The position numbers were made by a program, and so were the translations under genes. Source: Gemmatimonadales bacterium (lineage in GTDB: Bacteria; Gemmatimonadota; Gemmatimonadetes; Gemmatimonadales; GWC2-71-9). Taken from it: 53,048 bases of DNA. How positions within the stretch are numbered: the first letter of the stretch is position 1; each line of letters opens with the position of its first letter. The notes below the pieces were generated by a model that was not told the DNA's origin, ran no database searches, and worked only from the letters and a program-made list of their open reading frames with translations. The DNA lies in NCBI GenBank assembly GCA_035759585.1, contig DASTUP010000249.1:1-53048 (forward strand), read 5' to 3'. Shown in pieces: positions 25,185-34,600 of the stretch.

Positions 25185-26129
25185 ATGAATCGGATGGACG
25201 CAATGGACCAGCAGCCAGGTGGGATCTTCGGCGTCGTCAAGCGCACGGTCCGCGACTTCCTCGATGACGACTGCATGAGCGCCGCGGCGGCGCTTTCCTA
25301 TTATACGGTGTTCTCCCTCCCCGCCGTCCTCGTGCTCCTCCTCCTCGTGCTCGGCGCGGTGCTGGATCCCGAGGACGTTCGCGGCGGGCTCGAGCGGCAG
25401 CTGCAGATGCTGATGGGGCCGAGCGCCGGCGGCAGTGTGCGCACCATCCTTTCGCACGCAGAGCAGCCCGGCGGCGGACTGCTCCCGACGCTCCTGGGCG
25501 TGGGCGCGCTGCTCTTCGGCGCAACCGGAGCGCTGCTGCAGCTTCAGTCGGCGCTCAACCGGGCGTGGGAAGTCGAATCGAAGGCCGGGGGTCTGAAGGC
25601 GTTTCTCGGCAAGCGGGTGTTCTCGCTCGGGATCCTGATGGCGATCGCCTTTTTCCTGCTCGTCTCGCTCGCCGTGAGCGCGGCGCTCTCGGCTGTCGGC
25701 AACCGGATCGGCAGGTATCTGCCCGACGGGATGTCGTCCGCGGTGCTGTTCGCCATCAACATCGTCATTTCGCTGGCGGTCATCGGGCTGCTCTTTGCGG
25801 TGATGTTCAAGGTGCTGCCGGACGCGAAGACTGCCTGGCGGGATGTGTGGGTGGGCGCGGGCGTCACCGCGCTGCTCTTCATGGCGGGAAAGTTCCTGAT
25901 CGGCTTCTACCTCGGAAAGAGCAATCCGGGCGAGGCGTATGGCGCCGCCGGCTCGCTCGCGGTGCTCCTGCTCTGGATCTACTACTCGTCCATCATCGTG
26001 CTCATCGGTGCGGAGTTCACCCAGGCGTGGGCATCGGCACGGGGGAAGGGAATAGAGCCGGAGGAGGGAGCCATTCGGGTGAAGCGGGAGAAGCGGGTCG
26101 TCCGGTCGACCGAGCCGCGGCACGCGTAG
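25185..26129 (+). CDS. YihY/BrkB-family membrane protein
   Basis: FGVVKRTVRDFLDDDCMSAAAALSYYTVFSLPAVL plus six TM helices. Start at ATG 25185. Confidence 0.8.
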   Translation: MNRMDAMDQQPGGIFGVVKRTVRDFLDDDCMSAAAALSYYTVFSLPAVLVLLLLVLGAVLDPEDVRGGLERQLQMLMGPSAGGSVRTILSHAEQPGGGLLPTLLGVGALLFGATGALLQLQSALNRAWEVESKAGGLKAFLGKRVFSLGILMAIAFFLLVSLAVSAALSAVGNRIGRYLPDGMSSAVLFAINIVISLAVIGLLFAVMFKVLPDAKTAWRDVWVGAGVTALLFMAGKFLIGFYLGKSNPGEAYGAAGSLAVLLLWIYYSSIIVLIGAEFTQAWASARGKGIEPEEGAIRVKREKRVVRSTEPRHA

Positions 26130-26133
26130 CGCG

Positions 26134-27054
26134 CTACGGCCCCCGGGACGGCCGGGCGACGAGAATTCCGGAGCAGCCGCGGATGGCGGCGACGTATTCG
26201 GAAAGCGTCGAGCGCGTGATCTCCACGACGCCGCCCGAGAGCGGGGCGTGAAGCACCCGGAGCGTGCCGCCGCTGTCCCGGCAGGCGAATGCAGCGTGCG
26301 TGACGTCGAGCCCGGGAATCGTCGTGGCGAAGGCGAGGATGTCTCCGCTCTCGATGCGCGCAGAAACGGAGGGAACGGCGCCCTTCGGGATGACGTGGCG
26401 GGGCGCCGAGTCGAGCAACCGCTCCCTGGCGGTGATCTCGGAAAACGCGCCGTCATCCGCGAGCGCAGGATAGCTCGCGCGATGCTCGCTCATGAAGCGA
26501 AGCGGCCGCTGGTCCACGACTCCGCCGAGCTCTTCACCCAGGTCGGTCACCAGGCCGCGGCGCGCGCCATCGGCGATCCATTCACTGAAGTAGTGGAGGC
26601 GCGAGGCATATCCGTTGCGGACCCCGCCCCGATAGCGCATCCGCTCGACCTCGCGTCCGAACTCCGGCCACTCAGGTATGCCGGAGCGCGCGGCGACGCG
26701 GGCCACGGCGAGCGAAGCTTCCACGAGCGTGACGCAGTCGAAGCGCGTGAGTGAGAGAATGAGCGGCTCCGCGCGCGGCGATCCGCCGGCGGCGAGATAC
26801 GCCTCCAGCGTCGCAGCCTCGTACGGCGTGCCGATCGCCAGCTCGCCCGCCCGGATTGCGGCTCCCCCGAAGGGCGACTCTGCATCGGTGAGGGCTTCGG
26901 CGCGGAGTGTCGAGACCCAGGCAGCGAGGCGCTCCTCGTCCGGTCCCCGGCGAAGGCGGCTCAATGCCGCGAGCGGCGCCGGAACGGAGAGGAGCGCGGC
27001 GAACACGCCGGCCCGCGCGACGAGCTCGCGTCGCGAAAGGCGCTCGCGGCTCAC
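26134..27054 (-). CDS. DUF1460-family (amidase-like) protein with a Tat-type signal
   Basis: SRRELVARAGVFAALLS signal, then TRFDCVTLVEASLAVAR...YASRLHYFSEWIADG is the typical DUF1460 core. GTG 27054 overlaps the upstream stop (GTGA). Confidence 0.7.
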   Translation of the reverse strand: MSRERLSRRELVARAGVFAALLSVPAPLAALSRLRRGPDEERLAAWVSTLRAEALTDAESPFGGAAIRAGELAIGTPYEAATLEAYLAAGGSPRAEPLILSLTRFDCVTLVEASLAVARVAARSGIPEWPEFGREVERMRYRGGVRNGYASRLHYFSEWIADGARRGLVTDLGEELGGVVDQRPLRFMSEHRASYPALADDGAFSEITARERLLDSAPRHVIPKGAVPSVSARIESGDILAFATTIPGLDVTHAAFACRDSGGTLRVLHAPLSGGVVEITRSTLSEYVAAIRGCSGILVARPSRGP

Positions 27055-27689
27055 GCCGCCGGCACCTCGAAGCAGCAGCTCGGCCGATCCTCGTAACTGC
27101 AGCACAGCCTCACGTCACAGCCGACCACCTCGCGCAGCAGCGATTGCACGGCGCGGCAGGCCTCCGGGCGCCGCTCGACAGCCACTGCCAGCGGGCATCC
27201 ATGGCCTCGGATCACCGGAAGCCCGTTGCGCTCCTCCACCTCGACGAGCCCGCCGAGCGACCGAAGCACCTCCGCGCCGGCCTCGACTCGCGACGGCGCA
27301 CTGGTCTCGGCGGAGGGAAGGTTCCCGCTGGCGAGCCGGCGACCGAGCCCGTCCAGGAGCGATTCGAGCGCGTCGGCGGGCATGGTCGAGGCGAGCTCCT
27401 CGAGCAGCGCGCGCAGCACCGGTGCATACGCCCGGGACATCATCGTTTCGGCGTCGGGGTGCAGCTCGAAGAGAGTCGCCGGCTTGCCGGCGCCCGGATT
27501 CCGCCGGGTGCCGCGCTGGCGGACCAGGCCGTCCCGCTCGAGCGTCAGCAGGTGGGCTCGCACCGCGTTGGGGGTGAGCCCCAGTGATTCGGCGAGGACA
27601 TCCACCGGCTGCGGGCCGCGGCGAAGCAGCGTAACCAGTTGTCCCCGCGTCGTTTCGAGAAACCGTTTTTCGCCAGTGCGCAGCTGCAT
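27051..27689 (-). CDS. ArsR-type wHTH regulator with a Cys-rich C-terminal sensor domain
   Basis: The HTH VDVLAESLGLTPNAVRAHLLTLERDGLV is followed by a C-terminal region with 8 Cys (GHGCP...EACRAV...GCDVRLCCSYEDRPSCCFE). Confidence 0.75.
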   Translation of the reverse strand: MQLRTGEKRFLETTRGQLVTLLRRGPQPVDVLAESLGLTPNAVRAHLLTLERDGLVRQRGTRRNPGAGKPATLFELHPDAETMMSRAYAPVLRALLEELASTMPADALESLLDGLGRRLASGNLPSAETSAPSRVEAGAEVLRSLGGLVEVEERNGLPVIRGHGCPLAVAVERRPEACRAVQSLLREVVGCDVRLCCSYEDRPSCCFEVPAA

Positions 27690-27725
27690 GAGAGCCTCCG
27701 GATTCCTCGAATGTACATAGTGATG

Positions 27726-27783
27726 TTGATTTCGCCAATAAATCAAAGAAAACCTTGACTTATTCATCCGGCGCGCCTACTGT
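27726..27783. promoter_or_regulatory. Divergent promoter region with a palindromic operator candidate
   Basis: AT-rich gap. TTGATTT-N7-AAATCAA palindrome (27726-27746). Plus-strand TTGACT (27755-27760), 17 nt, then TACTGT (27778-27783), ahead of GGAGG and ATG 27811. Minus-strand TTGGCG-17-TACATT overlaps the palindrome ahead of the ArsR gene. Confidence 0.4.
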
Positions 27784-27810
27784 GGAGCACCACCCTATCG
27801 GAGGCTCCAG

Positions 27811-28347
27811 ATGAGCAGGTCGCTTCTTGCAGCACTCGCCGGAGGGGTCGCATCCCTCGCCCTCGTCGCCGGCGCGACATCCACACCCGCCCCCCTCGAT
27901 GATGCGACGATCGTCGCCATATTCGATGCAGCGAACACCGCGGATATCGAAACCGGCACGCTGGCGGTCGAGCGGGGACAGAGCCAGGAAGTCAGGGATT
28001 ACGGCGCAATGCTGATCCGGGACCACAAGGCCGTCCGCCAGATGGGGCGCGACCTCGCCAAGAAGCTCGGCGTGACCCCGACGCCTCCGGCCGACGATGC
28101 GGGCGCCAAGGCGCACGCCGAGGCGATGGCCCACCTGAAGAAGGTCCCCGCCGCCGAGTTCGATCAGGCGTTCCTCGCCCACGAAGTCGCGTTCCACCAG
28201 AGCGTCATCGACGCCGTCACCACGACGCTCCTGCCCGCCATCAAGAATGCCGAGCTCAAGGCGCTCGTCGTGAAGGTCGCGCCCGCGTTCGAGGGACATC
28301 GCGATGGTGCGGCGACGATTGCGAAGAAGCTCAAGGGAGGGAAGTGA
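27811..28347 (+). CDS. DUF4142-family secreted protein
   Basis: Signal peptide followed by DDATIVAIFDAANTADIETGTLA...MLIRDHKAV...FLAHEVAFHQSVID (ferritin-like DUF4142 pattern). Confidence 0.75.
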   Translation: MSRSLLAALAGGVASLALVAGATSTPAPLDDATIVAIFDAANTADIETGTLAVERGQSQEVRDYGAMLIRDHKAVRQMGRDLAKKLGVTPTPPADDAGAKAHAEAMAHLKKVPAAEFDQAFLAHEVAFHQSVIDAVTTTLLPAIKNAELKALVVKVAPAFEGHRDGAATIAKKLKGGK

Positions 28348-28658
28348 AGCTTACGGCCACACGGAAGATCGCGTTCGAGGCGGTCCATTTCGGGCGAAAG
28401 CTCTCGTATGCGCTCGAGGTCTCGGTCACCGGTCCGGTAGATGCTGCCGGATCGGTGATCGATTTTCATCGCGTACGGGATGTCGCGAACGAAGTCGTTA
28501 CCTCCGTGCTCGCGAGCGGCGCTGCGAGCCCACCCACCGCGGAAAACCTCATCCTCGCGTTCTGGCACGAGCTCGCCCCTCGCTTCACTCCGGCCCGCCT
28601 CACGCGCCTCCGGCTCTGGGAGACGCCGAACCAGTCGGTCGAGTACGACGGGTCGTGA
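28344..28658 (+). CDS. 6-pyruvoyl-tetrahydropterin synthase (QueD)-fold protein lacking the catalytic motif
   Basis: KIAFEAVHF...EVSVTGPVDAAGSVIDFHRVRD...RLWETPNQSVEY aligns in my reading with the QueD/PTPS layout. The Cys...HGH zinc/catalytic segment between the first His and the 'V.V.G' strand is absent. The start overlaps the upstream stop. Confidence 0.5.
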   Translation: MKLTATRKIAFEAVHFGRKLSYALEVSVTGPVDAAGSVIDFHRVRDVANEVVTSVLASGAASPPTAENLILAFWHELAPRFTPARLTRLRLWETPNQSVEYDGS

Positions 28659-28683
28659 AATCGATCTATCGAATCTCCCTTGC

Positions 28684-31600
28684 TCAGCCCGGCCGCCTGA
28701 CGAGCACTTCGTGGCGCCGGCCGTCGTCCGCGAGCGGGATGCTGCCGTCGGCCGTACGTTCCCCGTCGACGGTCGCTTCGATCGACGTGACCCCCGGATC
28801 GCGGCGGATCGTGATCGCATAGGTCGCCTCGCCGAAGCGGTATTCGATCGCGTATTCCTGCCACGCTGCGGGGGCGCGCGGCTCGATGACGAGGGCATTG
28901 CCCCGCTTGGTCAGCCCGAGGATGCCTTCGACGCCCACCCGGTACATCCAGCTCGCGGAGCCCGTGTACCAGGTCCATCCGCCGCGGCCCAGATGGCCCT
29001 CCGCGGTGTACACGTCGGCGGCGACGACGTACGGCTCCACCTTGTATGTCGCCACGTCCTCGGGGGTCTTCGCGTGGGTCAGCGGATTGATCATCTGGTA
29101 CAGCTCGAGCGCGCGGTCTCCGTCGCCGCGTAGCGCCGTCGCGAGCACCGCCCAGAGCGCGGCATGCGTATACTGGGCGCCGTTCTCGCGCACGCCGGGG
29201 AGGTAGCCCTTGATGTAGCCGGGGTCGAGCGGCGTCTCGTCGAAGGGCGGCGTGAGCAGCATGATCAGCCGGGCATCCTCGCGCACCAGGTGCTCCTCGA
29301 GCGACTGCATGGCGCGCGCCTGTCGCTCCGGATCGCCTGCACCGGAGATGACGCTCCAGCTCTGCGCGATCGAATCGATCCGGCATTCCTGGCTCTGGGC
29401 CGAGCCGAGGGGGGTGCCGTCGTCGAACCAGGCGCGACGATACCATGCGCCGTCCCAGGCGTGTTCCTCTATCGCCGCAGAGTAGGCATCGGCCTGTCCA
29501 CGGAACTCCGCCGCCGTTGCGTCGTCGGCGCGCGCTTCCGCGAGCCGCGCGAAGCTGCGCAGCGTCGTGATGAGGAACCAGGCGAGCCAGACGCTCTCTC
29601 CGCGGCCCTCCACCCCCACGCGGTTCATCCCGTCGTTCCAGTCACCGATGCCGATGAGCGGATGGCCGTGCACGCCGGTCGTGCACGCGCGCCTGAGCGC
29701 GCGAACGCAATGCTCGTATACGCTCGCGCGCTCCTCGGTGACCTGCGGGAGGTCATAGACCTCGTGCTCGTCCGGCTCGAGCGGGCGCATCGACAGGAAG
29801 GGCACTTCCTCGTCCAGCACCGCCGCATCGCCGGTGACCGTCACGTAGTGCTCGGCGACGAACGGCAGCCATGCGAGGTCGTCGGAGAATCGCGTCCTGA
29901 CGCCGCGGCCGCTGTGGGGGTGCCACCAGTGCTGCACATCGCCCTCGAGGAACTGGCGCGATGCGGCTCGCAGGAGATGCTCGCGCGCGATGCCGGGCTC
30001 GGCGTGCAGGAAGGCCATCGAGTCCTGGAGCTGGTCGCGGAAGCCGTACGCACCGCTGCTCTGGTAGAGTGCCGTGCGTCCCCACATCCGGCACGAGAGC
30101 GCCTGATAGAGGGTCCATACGTTGATCATCGCGTCGAACGACGACTCCGGCGTGCTGACCTTGACCACCGAGAGGCGGCGTGACCACGCGTCGATCGAAT
30201 GGTCGAGCGCAGCCCGGGCCGTGCGGCCGTCGCGGTGCTCGATCACCAGGCTCCGGGCCTCGTCCGCCGTTGCCGCCGCACCGAGGATCAGGACGATCTC
30301 GCGCGTTTCGCCGGGATCGAGCTCGAGGATGCACTGCAGTGCGGCGCACGGATCCCGGCCGACCCCCGTCCGCCCGCCGAGCGGCTCGCCGTCCACGAGC
30401 GCGGCAGGCGCGGCGGGTGTGCCGTTCCGTCCGAGAAAGTCCCGGCGGCTCGCGGTGTGCCCCGAAACTGCCGCGCTGATGGAGTGGAAGGCGAGCCATG
30501 ATGCGAAGCTCGCATCGAAGGTGTTCGATGCGTAGATCGTACCCGTCTCGGCATCGAACGACGTATGGATCGTGTGCTGGGTATGCTCGCGCAGCGCGCC
30601 CAGCGACCATTCGAGATAGCTCGTGATGACGAGGCGCCGGGGTCGATCGCTCTCGTTCGTCACGCGGAGCACCGAGACGCGCACCGGCGCCTCGTCGGCC
30701 ATGCCGAGCGTGAGGTGCGTCCGGATCTCCTCGTAGACGGATTCGAAAGCGGAGTAGCCCTGCCCGTGCCGGACGGTGAAGGCCGCGCCCGTCTCGACCG
30801 GCCCCGGCGTCGCGGACCAGATGCCGCCGACTTCGGCATCCTGGAGGTAGATGGCGTCGGTCACCGGATCGCTCACCGGATCGTTGTGCCACGGCGTCAG
30901 CCGGTAGAAGTGACTGTTCTCGGCCCAGCTGCATCCTCCGCCGCGCTCCGACACGATGAAGCCGCCTGCCTGGTTGGCAACGACGTTGATCCAGGGTGCG
31001 GGAGGTACGCGGTCGCCCGCCACCTCGATCTCGTACGCGCCGTCCGACGTCAGGCGCCCGAACCCGTTGTCGAGGCCCGGAGCGAGACTTCGGTGCGAGA
31101 TCTGCTTCGCGCCCGGCGGATGATGCGGTGCCGATTCGGATGCGAGCGGTGAAAGGAAGGAAGGCAGCACGCCCCCGATGCGCCGCACCGTACGGGCCAC
31201 GCGAGACTGGCGGCGCCGCTCGGGGCTCCGCGGCTCGACCGGAAGCGCCTCGTCGACTTCCGTGTCCTCATCCGCCGCGCCGTATGCGGCCGCGTCGGCC
31301 GTGATCCGGCCGAGCGCGCGGCCGTCGCAGGCGATGTGCACGCGCGCGGTCGCGCGCAGCATGGCCAGCTCCGTCGCGCCGATCTGGTCGGCCTGGCGGA
31401 TGAACACGCCGCCCGACTGATCGAACACGCCGCTTTCTCCGACTGCGTGCAGCAGCGCCGTGACGCGGTCGGAGAGGTCGCCGAGATACTGCGTGGGCTG
31501 GGTCTTGAGGATGACGAGATCCACCGTCATGCCGCGCCGGCGCCAGTACCGGTGTGCGGTGAGGAGCTGGCGCAGCGTCGGCAGTCCGTCGGCGGAATCG

Positions 31601-34600
31601 ATCGTGGCGAGGAGGATCGGCCAGTCTCCCGACACCCCGACGGACCAGAGGAGTGGCTGCGAGCCGCGGTTGAGCTGGAGCTCCGCCTGCGGCGCACGCC
31701 GCGCGGCTGCGCCGTAGAGGAGGTCACCTGCGAGCTCCTGGAACACCGCCGCCTCCGCCGGGCTGACGCCGAGCTCGCGCAACTCGATCTGCGTCGAGGT
31801 CCACGCCAGGTCGAGCGCGCGCTGGGTCGCGTGCGGGTCGTGATAGCGATCGGCGAGCTCGAACGCCAGCTCCCGGTTCGATGCGATGAGCGTCGTGAAC
31901 GACACGCTCGCGGACTGGCCGGGCTCGAGCCTGAGCCGCACCCGCAGGGCAAAGACGGGATCGAGCACGGCGCCCGTCGTGCCCGACAGCGGCGCACCCG
32001 TTTCCACCGACGCCGGATTTGCCGTGGAGCGGCCCCGGCCGATGAACCGCGCGCGATCGGTCTCGCACGTCACCGGCTCGGCGAGCTCGGGTCCCGTGGC
32101 CACGACGTGCACGCACCAGATCGCCGCCTCCTTGCCCGAGCGCGGCCGCCGCGTGGCGGTGATGGCCGAGCACCAGGCATGGTACTCGGTCTCCACGAAG
32201 AGGTTGGCGAATGCCGGGTGCGAGCGATCCGATTCGGGGGTCGTGAGCACGATCTCGCCGTAGCTCGTGAGGTCCACCTCCCGTGCCTGGTCGCTGTTGT
32301 TCGTCACCGTGACGCGCCGCACCTCCGCGGAGTCCTCGGGAACGACCGCCACCTCGGTCCGCGTCTCGATGGGGCCGTCGGCCCGATGGATGGTCACCCG
32401 GTCGGTTGCGAGGAACGCGCGGTACCAGTCTGCCGGCGCTCCCACCGGCTGGTGCGTCGCGGACCAGTACGCCCCGGAGTGATTGTCGCGGACGTAGCAG
32501 AACTGGCCGGTCGAGTCGCGCGTTCCGTCCGATCGCCACCGGGTCACGGCCAGGCCCTCGTACCGGCTGTACCCGCCCCCGCAATGGCTGATCATGATCG
32601 TGTACGGGAGCTGGCCGAGGAGCGCGACATGCGGACGCGGTGTGTCCGCCACATCGATCTCGCGGACCGCAGGTCGCTCCATCTCCGGCTCGGGGAGCGC
32701 CTCGTCGAGCCGGGCGCCCTGCCCGCGCTGGATGACGAGCCGGCGCGGAATCCGCTCGTGGAGCAGGAGCTCGGCGGCCCGCACCATCGGATCGGCGTGG
32801 AACCGTCGCTGCCACAGCCGCCCGGTGAGGATGTTCGTCAGCGCGACGAGACCCATGCCGATGTGATGCGCCATGTACGTCCGGATGATGGCGTACTCCC
32901 GGTCCGGCTCGGGGCGCGTGAAATCCACCGCATCCCGGAAGCCGTACGGCCCGAGCAGTCCGAGGGCCTCGAGCTGCGTGAGGTTCGGCAGGGCACGCTT
33001 CGCTTCGACCATGGCCGCGAGGAGCGAGGCATACGGCGCCACGACGAGATCGCGGCCGAGCCCGCGCTTGAGCGCGAGATCGGGCACGCCGAATGCCCGG
33101 TACTGATAGGTGTAGCTCCGGTCGCGCAGGTTGTAGGCGCTCTCGCTGATCCCCCAGGGGACGCTCCGCTCCGTCCCATAGGCGGCATGCCGCTGCACCG
33201 CACCCTCGTACGTCTGCGCGAGCACGGTGAACGGGAACGACCGCATGACGAGCATCGGCATCAGGTACTCGAACATGCTGCCGCTCCACGACACCAGCGC
33301 CGGCGCACCGCTCGCGCGGGTGAGCGTGCGGCCGAGGCGGAACCAGTGCTCCACGGGAACGTCGTTCTTGGCGATCGCGAGGAAGCTGGCGAGCCGCGCC
33401 TCGGAGGCGAGCAGGTCGTAATAGGAGCCGTCGAGCGTGTGGCTCGTCTGCTGGAAGCCGATGGCGAAGAGCCGGCGCTGCCCGTCGAAGAGAAAGCCGA
33501 AGTCCATGTCCATCGCATACTGGAAGGCGCGCTCGCCGAGCGCCTCCAGCCGCGAGACGATGCGCTGCGCATCAGGCGAGGCGTCCGCGAGATCGCGCAG
33601 GGTAGCTGCCGGGCGCGTCGCGGTGAGCGTCAGCCATTGCCGTTGCGATTCGATCAGGGCGAGCGCCCACGAGACCCAGTAGGTGTCCTCCGGACCGCGC
33701 GCGTGGAGCGCGGCCTCGGCCTGCCGCAGCAGCCCGGTCAGGTGCTCGAGCACGGGGAGGGTGAGTGCGACAGTGCGCGCCCCCCTGGCGGCGGCGCGCG
33801 CAGCAGCGAGCTCTGGCGGCAGCGGAGGCTGGCCGGTCGGGACGTCGTCGTCCCGGCGCTTTTCCGCGGCCGCGAGGAGGCTCAGGCTGGCCACATCGAG
33901 GGCCGTCTCGACCGATCTCACGAGCTTCGAATCGACGATCGGGCTCTCGACGAGCTGGAGGCACGCCTGCCGCAGGGCGATGAGGTGTCCCGCGAGATTG
34001 CCGCTGTCCACCGTGGAGATGTATCCCGGCTCGAGAACGCGGAGATCCCTGAGATCGTACCAGTTGTAGAAGTGGCCCCGGAACCGCCGCATCCGCTCGA
34101 GTGAGCGCAGCGCCCGCTCCAGCCGCTCCGCCGCCTGCTCGATCGAGAGAAATCCGAGATCGGCCGCACTCACGACGGAGAGCAGCTGGAGGCCGATGTT
34201 CGTCGGCGAGGTGCGCAGCGCGACGGTCGGGGTGGGGGCCTCCTGAAAATTGTCGGGTGCGAGCCAGTTCGACTCCTCCGTCACGAAGGTGTCGAAGTAC
34301 CGCCAGTGGAGCAGGGCGTACCGGATGGCCTGGCCGCGTGACTCCGGCGAGAGGCGCTGCTCGCGCGCGACCGCTGGCGCGCCGAGCGCATGCGCGATGG
34401 CCGGAGCGACGGCCCACGCAATCACGAAGGGAAGCAGGCCGAGCGCGAGCTGCCAGAGCGGGGCCGGGTTCGCACTGCCGGGCAGCGCCCGCCAGATGAT
34501 GATGCCAAGCACTGCCGCCGCGACGAGTGCTGCCGGCCACATGGCCCGCCACACCACCCGCACCGAATCCTGCATCGCGCGCTCCGCCTGCACGGCGGTC

